Below, one piece after another: positions 41,001 to 53,599 of a DNA stretch of 64,000 nucleotides. The stretch lies in contig NIVC01001410.1 in assembly GCA_002269645.1 (NCBI GenBank), positions 124,001-188,000 of the forward strand. Reading direction: 5' to 3'. The stretch's first letter is position 1. Each line of letters opens with the position of its first letter. The notes beneath the pieces were generated by a model. That model made no database searches, was not told the DNA's origin, and saw only the letters and a program-made list of their open reading frames with translations. Made by a program: the position numbers and the translations under genes. This stretch comes from Macrostomum lignano (taxonomy: Eukaryota).

Positions 41001-41385
41001 CACTAGTTATTTCAGTCGTCCCTGGGCGTTATAGTTTCCCGTCCACTAGTTATTTCAGTAGTCCCTGGCGTTATGAGGCTCTGATCTCATGCTTGCGCCC
41101 ATGTCTCCGCAGCAGCCCCAGTATCCGGCTGTTTCGTCCGCCTACGGCGCGCAGTCGATGGGATTTCTGCACACCCAGTCGCAGCCGGCTTTCCGTATGT
41201 CGCCGCAGCAAATGCAGCAGCAGCAGCAGGCTGGGTGGCATCAGCAGGCTGCTAATCAGCAGGTAAGGGATAAATAGCCTCAACTGTATTTGCGATACCA
41301 GTGCATTGTTTACGAGTATATTTAAGTACATTGGTAATCGAAACAATTTCAGCCGAACCCCAACGACCCGTTCGGAGCTTTGTAA
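29083..41385 (+). CDS. PICALM: Clathrin assembly protein AP180/PICALM (SNAP91 family, ANTH domain), ~609 aa
   Basis: Exons 29083-29245, 33695-34005, 34600-34920, 38892-39270, 39373-39477, 39941-40308, 41113-41262, 41353-41385 total 1830 nt with consistent phases. ANTH motifs [51 protein letters not shown]; FDPF and terminal NDPFGAL*. Confidence 0.93.
31150..33635. repeat. Intronic satellite CATGAGCCTTG(T/G)CATCTCAG(A/C)AA plus variable poly-C (~26-32 bp)
   Basis: Read directly; two sub-arrays that switch near 31900. Confidence 0.95.
34135..34480. repeat. 17-bp intronic minisatellite (CATGGGAATGTGTTGTA)
   Basis: Read directly from the sequence. Confidence 0.93.
34965..35440. repeat. 26/31-bp intronic minisatellite (GTGATTAGCTATAAATGTGTTGGAGTGCACT)
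   Basis: Read directly from the sequence. Confidence 0.93.
35918..36410. repeat. 15-bp (GGCGCCCCTGGTGCT) then 51-bp tandem repeats, intronic
   Basis: Read directly from the sequence. Confidence 0.9.
37070..38824. repeat. 22-24-bp intronic satellite (GATTGAGCAGTGGATTGGAGATTTG)
   Basis: Read directly from the sequence. Confidence 0.95.
40600..41070. repeat. 42-bp intronic minisatellite (CTAGTTATTTCAGTCGTCCCTGGCGTTATAGTTTCCCGTCCA)
   Basis: Read directly from the sequence. Confidence 0.92.
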
Positions 41386-41496
41386 ACTCGCCGTTTGATC
41401 GGTTGGTGGTTGATAGCGGCTGCTAAAAGTACACTTAAAAGATTTTTCTGTATGTAACATTTTAGTTTGTCACTTTCCGTTAGAGTTCTTGTCGGC

Positions 41497-42061
41497 TAGT
41501 TAGCATCTAGAACACAATGATGCGGTCCAGTTAGCATCTAGAACACAATGATGCGGTCCAGTTAGCATCTAGAACACAATGATGCGGTCCAGTTAGCATC
41601 TAGAACACAATGATGCGGTCCAGTTAGCATCTAGAACACAATGATGCGGTCCAGTTAGCATCTAGAACACAATGATGCGGTCCAGTTAGCATCTAGAACA
41701 CAATGATGCGGTCCAGTTAGCATCTAGAACACAATGATGCGGTCCAGTTAGCATCTAGAACACAATGATGCGGTCCAGTTAGCATCTAGAACACAATGAT
41801 GCGGTCCAGTTAGCATCTAGAACACAATGATGCGGTCCAGTTAGCATCTAGAACACAATGATGCGGTCCAGTTAGCATCTAGAACACAATGATGCGGTCC
41901 AGTTAGCATCTAGAACACAATGATGCGGTCCAGTTAGCATCTAGAACACAATGATGCGGTCCAGTTAGCATCTAGAACACAATGATGCGGTCCAGTTAAC
42001 ATCTAGAACACAATGATGCGGTCCAGTTAGCATCTAGAACACAATGTTGCGGTCCAGTTAG
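41497..42061. repeat. 31-bp minisatellite (GTTAGCATCTAGAACACAATGATGCGGTCCA)
   Basis: About 18 near-perfect units downstream of the PICALM stop. Confidence 0.97.
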
Positions 42062-42909
42062 TGTCTGTAATTCTGTACCACTTAAAAATGATTGGCCTAG
42101 CAATAAAGGTGGAATGGGTGAACATTTTGGCTCAGCAATGTCTTAGTCGGTGGCTTGGTCTCGCGCGTATCGAAAATTATTCTATCTTTATCTTCCATGT
42201 CTATTTCTGTTATACTCAAAGACTTTTAAATATTAATTATAGCTCTGATTTCTTGATTACTTCCAAATTTTTATAAAATTTGCTACTGCTAAAAGTACTT
42301 TTAGTTTGTTTGGCTTGCAACCTATTTATAAACAATTATTTGGATTTATTTTACGGTAACAAAGAAACATATTAGTTCTTCAGTAGTAAACCACTTATAA
42401 ACTGAATTTGATAATTCAATACTTTTTTATTGCAATGTGATACAAAGCTCTTGAAATTTGTTAATGACTTCACCTCAATTTTAATAGCAACGCTTTGTGA
42501 TTGTTTCATCTTGGCAATTTAGCTTGTGTTTCAGTTTAGGCTTACGTGGTCTCTCGAGCGTCTCACTCTACTTAAAGTAGAGAGCTGGGTGATTTATCCA
42601 TTTTCTAAGAACATTTTTGCTGTTTATGCCTACCGTTTTTTTTGAAACTTGTATGTACTGTATATGTATGATAATTTTTACACAAGTCCTTTATATTGAA
42701 ATCTTATTTATCTATCTATCCAATCCGAGTTTTCTGATTCCTTTAAGTCAGGCCTGACTCTGCTGTCACCGGCCTGGGTATATTTCATTCTGGGTACATT
42801 CTGTCATTTTTTTAATAACGCGTCTTTTTTTTCTGTAGCATTTGCGTGTGTTCCTGGCTCACAGCAGCGTTGTAATATGATACTCTGCAATAGGCAACCC
42901 ATATGCCCC

Positions 42910-44200
42910 GGTTAGCCTCACGATCCCGGTAAACCGGGTCCACCAGTTAGCCTCCTCAACCCCTGCTCAAGAGCCAGTCTCTACCATGTCCACCAGTTAG
43001 CCTCCTCCCCTGTTCACTGGTTAGCCTCTCCCCTGTTCACCGGTTAGCCTCTCCCCTGTTCACCGGTTAGCCTCTCCCCTGTCCACCGGTTAGCCTCTTC
43101 CCTGTCCACCGGTTAGCCTCTCCCCTGTCCACCGGTTAGCCTCTCTCCCCTGTCCACCGGTTATCCTCTCCCCTGTCCACCCGTTAGCTTCAATTCCCCT
43201 GTGCACCGGTTAGCTTCAATTCCCCTGTGCACCGGTTAGCTTCAATTCCGCTGTGCACCGGTTAGCTTCAATTCCCCTGAGCACCGGTTAGTCTCGATTC
43301 CCCTGTTCACTGGTTAGTCTCAATTCCCTTTGTTCACTGGTTAGTCTCAATTCCCTTTGTTCACTGGTTAGTCTCAATTCCCCTGTTCACTGGTTAGTCT
43401 CAATTCCCTTTGTTCACTGGTTAGTCTCAATTCCCTTTGTTCACTGGTTAGTCTCAATTCCCCTGTTCACTGGTTAGTCTCAATTCCCCTGTTCACTTGT
43501 TAGTCTCAATTCCCCTGTTCACTGGTTAGTCTCAATTCCCCTGAGCACCGGTTAGTCTCAATTCCCCTGTTCACTGGTTAGTCTCAATTCCCCTGAGCAC
43601 CGGTTAGTCTCAATTCCCCTGTTCACTGGTTAGTCTCAATTCCCCTGTTCACTGGTTAGTCTCAATTCCCCTGTTCACTGGTTAGTCTCAATTCGCCTGA
43701 GCACCGGTTAGTCTCAATTCCCCTGTTCACTGGTTAGTCTCAATTCGCCTAAGCACCGGTTAGTCTCAATTCCCCTGTTCACTGGTTAGTCTCAATTCCC
43801 CTGTTCACTGGTTAGTCTCAATTCCCCTGTTCACTGGTTAGTCTCAATTCCCCTGAGCACCGGTTAGTCTCAATTCCCCTGTTCACTGATTAGTCTCAAT
43901 TCCCCTGTTCACTGGTTAATCTCAATTCCCCTGTTCACTGGTTAGTCTCAATTCCCTTTGTTCACTGGTTAGTCTCAATTCCCCTGTTCACTGGTTAGTC
44001 TCAATTCCCTTTGTTCACTGGTTAGTCTCAATTCCCCTGTTCACTGGTTAGTCTCAATTCCCCTGTTCACTGGTTAGTCTCAATTCCCCTGTTCACTGGT
44101 TAGTCTCAATTCCCCTGTTCACTGGTTAGTCTCAATTCCCCTGTTCACTGGTTAGTCTCAATTCCCCTGTTCACTGGTTAGTCTCAATTCCCCTGTTCAC
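42910..44200. repeat. ~26-bp minisatellite (CCCTGTTCACTGGTTAGTCTCAATTC) with divergence gradient
   Basis: Read directly from the sequence. Confidence 0.95.
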
Positions 44201-44823
44201 CTGTAAATTATTAAGTCTGAAGACGCCGCTGCGCCAGAAAGGTCAAACGAAAAGTGTGTTACAATTTTGAATAATTACAAATAATCATATCCTTTAATTC
44301 GGCGCAATTCGGACATTTTTCGATCATATGCGTGCGCATCGATCTTATTAGCGTTATTATTTATTGTAATTAATTACAAAAAGACAATTTAATATTGGCT
44401 AATATTAATTATATTTAAGTCGGTGTAACAAGCGCTCAGTAATAATATTCTAATTCCCTGCGGCAATATTTACCTGTCTTCATATTCCTATACGCAGGCG
44501 CATACATATTTTAGTCATTTATAATAATTATAAAATAATTGTAATACATTTCCTGGCAATTTTTTATTACTTGCCGTTGTCGTAATTTTTCCTTTTCTTT
44601 CCTTACTGTTTTGATTGGGACGGATCGTTGTAGCTTTAGTCATTAGCAATGCGTATAATGTTCCAGCTTCTTCACGATAATTATTGTTCTACAACTCGCA
44701 TTACTTTCAGCAAGCTGACCAAAAATTCCAACGAGCTACTTTAAGTAACAAGTGCAGCAAACTCGTATAGCAGCATATTTTCTAACTAAATAAATCTAAA
44801 ATCAACCATAAAAGCAAGAAGCA

Positions 44824-47800
44824 ATGTCTGCGGCGCAATCTTCTTCATCCAAGCTGGAGAAATGGGCTATCGAGGACTTCAGCAAGATTGAAAAGATTGG
44901 CGAAGGTAACGGGCGCTAGGTATAGAGCAGATTTGGGGCTGGAGAGAGAGCAGATAGGGACGATATGGAAAGAGCGGATAGAGGCGATAGGGAGAGAGCG
45001 GATAGGGGCGCTAGGGAGAGAGCGGATAGGGGCGCCAGGGAGAGAGCGGATAGGCGCGCCAGGGAGAGAGCGGATAGGGGCGCTAGGGAGAGAGCGGATA
45101 GGGGCGCCAGGGAGAGAGCGGATAGGGGCGCCAGGGAGAGAGCGGATAGGGGCGCCAGGGAGAGAGCGGATAGGGGCGCCAGGGAGAGAGCGGATAGGGG
45201 CGCCAGGGAGAGAGCGGATAGGGGCGCTAGGGAGAGAGCGGATAGGGGCGCTAGGGAGAGAGCGGATAGGGGCGCCAGGGAGAGAGCGGATAGGGGCGCC
45301 AGGGAGAGAGCGGATAGGGGCGCCAGGGAGAGAGCGGATAGGGCGCCAGGGAGAGAGCGGATAGGGGCGCTAGGGAGAGAGCGGATAGGGGCGCCAGGGA
45401 GAGAGCGGATAGGGGCGCCAGGGAGAGAGCGGATAGGGGCGCCAGGGAGAGAGCGGATAGGGGCGCCAGGGAGAGAGCAAATCATTCCAAAGAGAGGGCG
45501 TCTGCTGGACTCCGATACACTGCTACTATTTGAGAACTAACCCCTGGATTTGCCCGAACCGCAGGCACCTACGGTGTAGTGTACAAGGCGCGCAACAACC
45601 GCAACCAGAAGATCATGGCTTTGAAAAAGATCCGTCTGGAATGCCAGGAAGAAGGCATGCCGTCAACAGCTGTACGCGAAGTGTCCCTGCTCAAGGAGCT
45701 GCAGCATCCCAACATTGTCTGTCTAGAGAGCGTGCTGATGCAGGAGGGCAAGCTGTATCTGGTGTTCGAGTACCTCACTATGGACCTGAAGAAGTACTTG
45801 GACAACCAGCGCGGCAGGACTCTTATTCCTGAGAAGACACGCAGCTTCATGTATCAGTTGTTGCAGGTGCTTCCTCTGCTTTTGCCTTTCCCTATCTCTG
45901 TGCCTTCCCTTCATCTCTACCTTTCCCTCCCTTCATCTCTACCTTTCCCTCCCTTCATCTCTACCCTTTCCTCCCTTCATCTCTACCTTTCCCTCCCTTC
46001 ATCTCTACCCTTTCCTCCCTTCATCTCTACATTTCCCTCCCTTCATCTCTACCTTTTTCTTCCTTCATTTCTACATTTCCTTCCTTCATCTCTACCTTTC
46101 CCTCCCTTCATCTCTACCTTTCCCTCCCTTCATCTCTACCGTTTCCTCCCTTCATCTCTACCATCTCCTCCCTTCATCTCTACCTTTTTCTCCCTTCATT
46201 TCTCCCTTTCCTCCCTTCATCTCTACCGTTCCCTCTCTTCATCTCTACCTTTTCCTCCCTTCATCTCTACCTTTTCCTCCTTTCATCTCTACCTTTTCCT
46301 CCCTTCATCTCTACCTTCTCTCTTTATTTCTATCTTTTTCCTTTTATCTCTGTCCTTCCCTTCATCTCTTTCCTTTTCATCTCTGTCTATCCCTCTCTTC
46401 CTTTCTCTGCCTTTCCAACCTTATATCTCCCGACAAAACGTACAAACTTCTCACTCTGCGCGTGTTCCCAACTCCCTTGGCAACCCAGGGCCTGCTGTTC
46501 TGCCACACCCGGCGTGTTGTCCATCGCGACCTGAAGCCGCAGAACATTCTGCTAGACGAGCGGGGCGTCATTAAACTGGCGGATTTCGGACTGGCTCGCG
46601 CCTTTGGCGTGCCTGTTCGCGTTCTGACACACGAGGTTTGTGCTTGTGGGATCTGTTTAGCGCATTGGTCCAGGTTCTCTTGGTATCTTTGAGTCTTCTT
46701 TCTCGGACCTATTTATTGACCCACGCCCTGAATCACTGACCCATTTATTGACCCACGCCCTGAATCACTGACCCATTTATTGACCCACGCCCTGAATCAC
46801 TGACCTATTTATTGACCCACGCCCTGAATCACTGACCCATTTATTGACCCACGCCCTGAATCACTGACCCATTTATTGATCCACGCCCTGAATCACTGAC
46901 CCATTTATTGACCCACGCCCTAAATCACTGACCCATTTCTTGATCCACGGCCTGAATCACTGACCCATTCACTGACCCACACCCTGAATCACTGACCCAT
47001 TCACTGACTCACCCTGAATCAATGACCCATTTATTGACCCACGCTCTGAATCACTGACCCATTTATTGACCAACACCCTGAATCACTGACCCATTTACTG
47101 ACCCACGCTTCAAATCACTGACCCATTTATTGACCTACGCTCTGAATCACTGACCCATTTACTGACCCACGCTCTAAATCACTGACCCATTTATTGACCT
47201 ACGCTCTGAATCACTGACCCATTTACTGACCCACGCTCTAAATCACTGACCCATTTATTGACCTACGCTCTGAATCACTGACCCATTTACTGACCCACGC
47301 TCTAAATCACTGACCCATTTATTGACCTACGCTCTGAATCACTGACCCATTTACTGACCCACGCTCTGAATCACTGACCCATTTATTGACCTACGCTCTG
47401 AATCACTGACCCAGTAACACTTTATCGCGACCGAGTTTTGCACTCATATTCGAACTCCAGGTAGTCACTCTGTGGTACCGGGCTCCCGAGATTCTTCTAG
47501 GCAGCCCCCGCTACTCCTGCCCGGTGGACATGTGGAGCATGGGCTGCATATTCGCCGAGATCGCCATGCTCAAGCCGCTATTCCACGGCGACTCGGAGAT
47601 CGATCAGCTGTTCCGCATCTTCCGCATCCTCGGCACGCCAACTGAGGACACGTGGCCTGGCGTGACCTCCATGCCGGAGTACAAGCAGATGTTCCCTACC
47701 TGGCAGGGCCTCCGGTTGTCTAGCGCTATTGAGAACCGGCTCAATGATGAAGGCATGGATCTGCTGCAGGTGCGTTTGGGGCGCGACTCCAGTGTCAGAC

Positions 47801-49151
47801 TGTAGCACTCCAGTGTCAGACTGTAGCACTCGAGTGTCAGACTGTAGCACTCCAGTGTCAGACTGTAGCACTCCAGTGTCAGACTGTAGCACCCCAGTGT
47901 CAGACTGTAGCACTCCAGTGTCAGACTGTAGCACTCCAGTGTCAGACTGTAGCACTCCAGTGGCAGCCTGTAGCACTCCAGTGTCAGACTGTAGCACTCC
48001 AGTGGCAGCCTGTATCACTCCAGTGTCAGACTGTAGCACTCCAGTGTCAGACTGTAGCACTCCAGTGGCAGCCTGTATCACTCCAGTGTCAGACTGTAGC
48101 ACTCCAGTGTCAGACTGTATCACTCCAGTGGCAGGCTGTAGCACTCCAGTAGCAGCCTGTAGCACTCCAGTGGAAGCCTGTAGAACTCCAGTGGAAGCCT
48201 GTAGCACTCCAGTGGCAGCCTGTAGCACTCCAGTGTCAGACTGTAGCACTCCAGTGTCAGACTGTATCACTCCAGTGTCAGACTGTAGCACTCCAGTGTC
48301 AGACTGTAGCACTCCAGTGTCAGACTGTATCACTCCAGTGTCAGACTGTAGCACTCCAGTGTCAGACTGTATCACTCCAGTGTCAGACTGTAGCACTCCA
48401 GTGTCAGACTGTATCACTCCAGTGGCAGGCTGTAGCACTCCAGTAGCAGCCTGTAGCACTCCAGTGGAAGCCTGTAGAACTCCAGTGGAAGCCTGTAGCA
48501 CTCCAGTGGCAGCCTGTAGCACTCCAGTGGCAGGCTGTAGCACTCCAGTGGCAGCCTGTAGCACTCCAGTGTCAGACTGTAGCACTCCAGTGGAAGCCTG
48601 TAGCACTCCAGTGTCAGACTGTAGCACTCCAGTGTCAGACTGTAGCACTCCAGTGGCAGCCTGTAGCACTCCAGTGGAAGCCTGTAGCACTCCAGTGGCA
48701 GCCTGTAGCACTCCAGTGTCAGACTGTAGCACTCCAGTGGCAGCCTGTAGCACTCCAGTGTCAGACTAGCACTCCAGTCGCAGCCTGTAGCACTCCAGTG
48801 TCAGACTAGCACTCCAGTGGCAGCCTGTAGCACTCCAGTGTCAGAATGTAGCACTCCAGTGTCAGACTGTAGCACTCCAGTGTCAGACTGTATCACTCCA
48901 GTGGAAGCCTGTAGCACTCCAGTGGCAGACTGTATCACTCCAGTGGCAGACTGAACCGTCTATAGCGAACATCTCCAACCCCGCAGAAGCTGCTGATCTA
49001 CGAGCCATCCGACCGGTGCAACGCTCGCGAGGCGCTGGAGCACGCCTACTTCTCCGGCATGGACAAGTCCGCTATGCCGGCCCGCACGCCCGAGAAAGTT
49101 TGGCGACCTCAGCGCGCCGCCCTCAACGTAGTGGAGAACATGGCGGTCTAG
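44824..49151 (+). CDS. CDK1: Cyclin-dependent kinase 1 (PSTAVRE variant), ~334 aa
   Basis: Exons 44824-44905, 45565-45866, 46489-46635, 47461-47769, 48987-49151 total 1005 nt. Motifs [67 protein letters not shown] (the H is CDK1-type). Confidence 0.93.
44930..45480. repeat. 24-bp minisatellite in CDK1 intron 1
   Basis: GGGAGAGAGCGGATAGGGGCGCCA units. Confidence 0.95.
45880..46420. repeat. ~22-bp pyrimidine-rich minisatellite in CDK1 intron 2
   Basis: CTTCATCTCTACCTTTCCCTCC-like units. Confidence 0.9.
46710..47412. repeat. 32-bp minisatellite in CDK1 intron 3
   Basis: ATTGACCCACGCCCTGAATCACTGACCCATTT units. Confidence 0.93.
47785..48952. repeat. 21-bp minisatellite in CDK1 intron 4
   Basis: ACTCCAGTGTCAGACTGTAGC units. 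Confidence 0.95.
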
Positions 49152-49779
49152 ATGGAGGCCGTTTCAATTTAATAGTGTCAACAGTACTTAAGCGCAATGG
49201 ATATTGCCAGTTAATTCTTTGCATATGTATTAGTCGAATTAAATTAATACCTTCCTACCTGCTTAGCCAAAATATGCCTAAATAATAAGTTTATTTTCTC
49301 TTCAACAACATTTTACAAACTTCTCTCTCTCTGTGTGTCTGGATAGTGCATTTTTGGCACCGGTAATAAAGTTTAGCAGTTGCCCTACTATCAGTAGCTA
49401 ATGAAGTCTATTGCATTTTGTTTGCTATTTACCAATATATTTTTGTGCTTGTATTATTAGTTGGTTAGGTATTTTTTATTTCCTTTTTTAACATGCAGCG
49501 GCTGCAATAGGGTCAAGTTTATTTTAACGAACCCGCCGTCAACAACCCGTCTTACTGTTCCGTTAATTAGTCTAATAATTGCTGCTCAAATCTTTTCGGT
49601 CATTATTAATTTCTTGCTTTGCGCTATTTTTCTTCGTTTTACTTCAGGATTTAATTCGAAAATTAACTCTGTTAATTAAATTTTGACTGGGTTGGAATTT
49701 CATTTCTTCTGAAAATTGAGGAGCTGCATCTAGTCTAGACAACAATAAACTAGAAATGAGCATTTTTGTGTTAAATCTA

Positions 49780-50390
49780 GACGCAAAATGGTCAGATCTA
49801 GGCATGTTCAGAGTAGATCTAGACATAAATGGTCAGAACTAGGCATGTTCGGGTTAGATCTAGACATGAAATGGTCAGATCTAGGCATGTTCAGAGTAGA
49901 TCTAAACATGAAATGATCAGATCTAGACATGAAATGATCAGATCTAAACATGAAATGATCAGATCTAGACATGAAATAGTCAGATCTAGACATGAAATGG
50001 TCAGATCTAAACATGAAATGGTCAGATCTAAACATGAAATGGTCAGATCTAGACATTAAACGGTCAGATCTGGACATGTTCAGGCCAGATCTAGACATGT
50101 TCGGGTCAGATCTAGGCATGTGCGGGTTAGATCTAGACATAAAATGGTCAGATCTAGACATGAAATGGTCAGATCGAGTCATGTGCGGGTTAGATATAGA
50201 CATGTTCAGGCCAGATCTAGACATGTTCAGGCCAGATCTAGACATGTTCAGGCCAGATCTAGACATGTTCAGGTCAGATCTAGGCATGTGCGGGTTAGAT
50301 CTAGACATGAAATGGTCAGATCTAGGCATGTGCGGGTTAGATATAGACATGTTCAGGTCAGATCTAGGCATGTTCGGGTTAGATATGGAC
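49780..50390. repeat. 21-bp minisatellite (AGATCTAGACATGAAATGGTC-like)
   Basis: Read directly; lies between CDK1 and MPPE1. Confidence 0.92.
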
Positions 50391-50576
50391 AGAAAAGGGG
50401 TCAAAATTTCAGTAATAAATCAACAATCGAGAACCACAACGAGAAGTAAATTAAATATTTTAAAGTACATCCTCCAGTTACAGCAGCGCCTCAGCTCCCT
50501 GCACTGCATCCACAATCGGCCGGTTTTGTTGTTGCTGTTGCTGACTGAGGCGTTGGGTCAAGCCATCCGACCCCAG

Positions 50577-53467
50577 CATCCCCGTCACTGACAGACCGAG
50601 GGTCAGACCGAGCCGCATACACCGCCCCTGAATCTGGGACGGTGCCCGATTCCTGCGCTGCTGTGGCCGCCGACGCCGTCTCGTCAACGTCGACCACGTC
50701 GTCGACGTCGACAATTGCGTCGCCGTCGCGGCCGCCGCGCCGTTGTCGGCGCCGCTTCCTAACGCTGCTGGCGCTGCTAGGCGGCTTGGCTGCGTTCTGC
50801 GAATACCTGATCTACTATGCCGCCCTGCTCGCCTGCACCTGGCCGGCGCTGCCGGGCGAGTCGCCGCTGGCGCCAACCAGCCGGTCGGATGGCGTCCGGG
50901 TGATGCTGCTGGCCGACACTCACCTGCTGGGCTGGCGGCAGGGCCACTGGTTCGATAAGCTGCGCAGGGAGTGGCAGATGGAGCGCGCATTCCAGACGAG
51001 CCTGTTTTTGCACCGGCCCCAGGTGAGGGCTGGCAGGTTGCTGCTTCTAGAGGGTGCTGCTTTGGGATTCGGGATATTGGAGTTTTTTTGGGGATTTGGG
51101 ATATTGGAGCTTTTTTGGGGATTTGGGTTATCTGCGTGCTTTTTGGGATTTAAGATACTCACACTGGTGCTTTTTATGGACTTGGGATATTAATGCTTTT
51201 TAGGGATTTTGGGTATTGGTGCTTCTGGGGGATTTTGGATTTTTCAGCTTTGTTCGAATTTGGGATATTGGAGCTTTGTTGGGATATTCGGCACTTTATA
51301 GTACTTAAAATTTTCATGTACCAACATCGATTTATGTAATAATTCAAGCAATGGCCCCTTCTGGCCGCAGGTTGTTATTATCCTCGGCGACCTGTTCGAC
51401 GAAGGCAAATGGGCCGACGACTTCGAGTTCCGGCACCACTTGGCCCGTTTTCGGCGGATGTTCCGCGTCCCGGACGGCACCCGCCTGCTAGTGGTGGCCG
51501 GCAACCACGACATCGGCTTTCACTACGATGTTACGCAGCACAAGGTGGACCGCTTCGAAGCCGCCTTCCACCTGCCCGCTGTGCAGCTGGTGTCGGTAGG
51601 CTGACTTGGATTCTCTGCCAGATCCTCGCCCTTTGATTAAATTTTACCTCGACCCAATCCAGAATTCAAGAATCGCTCAAATTCCGAATTCCAAGGATCG
51701 CCCCAATCCTGAATTCCAAGAATATCCCTAATTATGAATTCCAAGAATCGTCCCGATCGCGATTTCCAAGAATCGCCCCAGTCCCGAATTCAAAGAATCG
51801 CCCAAACCTCGAATTCCAAGAATCGCCCTAATTATGAATTCCTAGAATCGCCCCAATTATGAATTCCAAGAATCGCCTTAATTATGAATTCCAAGAATCA
51901 CCTTAATTATGAATTCCAAAAATCGCCTTAATTATGAATTCCAAGAATCGCCCTAATTATGAATTCCAAGAATCGTCCCGATCGCGATTTCCAAGAATCG
52001 CCCCAGTCCCGAATTCAAAGAATCGCCCAAACCTCGAATTCCAAGAATCGCCCTAATTATGAATTCCTAGAATCGCCCCAATTATGAATTCCAAGAATCG
52101 CCTTAATTATGAATTCCAAGAATCACCTTAATTATGAATTCCAAAAATCGCCTTAATTATGAATTCCAAAAATCGCCCTAATTATGAATTCCAAGAATCG
52201 CCCTAATTATTAATTCTAAGAATCGTCCCGATCGCGATTTCCAAGAATCGTCCTAATTATGAATTCCAAAAATCGCCTTAATTATGAATTCCAAGAATCG
52301 CCTTAATTATGAATTCCAAGAATCGCCCTAATTATTAATTCTAAGAATCGTCCCGATCGCGATTTCCAAGAATCGTCCTAATTATGAATTCCAAGAATTG
52401 CCCTAATTATGAATTCCAAGAATTGCCCTAATTATGAATTCCAAGAATCGTCCTAATTATGAATTCCAAAAATCGCCTTAATTGTGAATTCCAAGAATCG
52501 CCCTAATTATGAATTCCAAGAATCGCCTTAATTATGAATTCCAAGAATCGCCCTAATTATGAATTCCAAGAATCGCCCTAATTATGAATTCCAAGAATCG
52601 CCCTAATTATGAATTCCAAGAATCGCCCTAATTATGAATTCCAAGAATCGCCCTAATTATGAATTCCAAGAATCGCGCCGATCCTGCCACCCGCAGATTG
52701 GCGGCGTGAATTTCGTGCTGGCCAATAGCGTCGCATTCGAAGGCGACGGCTGCTTCCTCTGCCGACGCGCGCGAGTCGAGCTGGCCGCCGTCTCCAACCG
52801 GCTGCGCTGCGCATTCGGGATCCGCCTCGGCGACGCCTGCAGCGAGGAAGCCCTCGGAGGCGGCGGTCAGCTGCCCCCGGCCACCGCCCCGATCCTGCTG
52901 ACGCACTACCCGCTGGCCAGGCTCGATGAGAGCGCCTGCGACACCGTCGCTTCGCCTGCCGAAGGGGCCGCCGCCGCCCCAGGCGACAGTCGCGACAAAG
53001 TCGAGATCATCGATGGCGAAGACTCGGCGCCGGCCGCTGCTCGCCAGACGCGGCTCCGGCCTCGCTGGGACTGCCTGTCCGCAGAGGCGTCGGACACACT
53101 GGCCGAGGCTGTCCGACCGCGACTGGCCTTTGTCGGACACACGCACTGGTCCTGCCGGCGCCGCCTCAGCCTGGCCGGCGGTTTGCGCAATCTCACCGAG
53201 TACACTTTGCCCAGCTTCTCCTGGCGCAACATCAACTCGCCCAGCTTCCTACTGCTCACCGTGTCCGGTGGCGCCCACTCCGTTGCCAAGTGCCGGATGC
53301 CGCGCGAGTCCACGGTGATCGGCCTGTACACCTACGGCGTGCCCATCGTGCTGCTGTGGTTCCTGTGGCCCTGCCTGCTCAGTCTGGCCGCTTCTGTGTG
53401 CTGGCACTGCGCCAGTTTCTTCACAGCGCAGGCGCCCTGGCGTCAGGCGGACGATAAGCACTTGTGA
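50577..53467 (+). CDS. MPPE1: Metallophosphoesterase 1 / PGAP5 (GPI remodelling); start codon unresolved
   Basis: Exons ~50577-51022, 51371-51595, 52697-53467. Motifs [67 protein letters not shown], plus a C-terminal TM segment. Confidence 0.9.
51660..52675. repeat. 25-bp minisatellite in MPPE1 intron 2 (AATTATGAATTCCAAGAATCGCCCT)
   Basis: Read directly from the sequence. Confidence 0.95.
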
Positions 53468-53599
53468 GACCGTCGATCAATGATCCGCTGCCGCCCTTCT
53501 CCAGTCCGCATTCCTAACAGTTCATTCTGCTGTGACTCGGATCTCGAATATTTTATGGATGTACAAATTTATCCTCTTGTGTCTAGTTTTTGCATTAAC

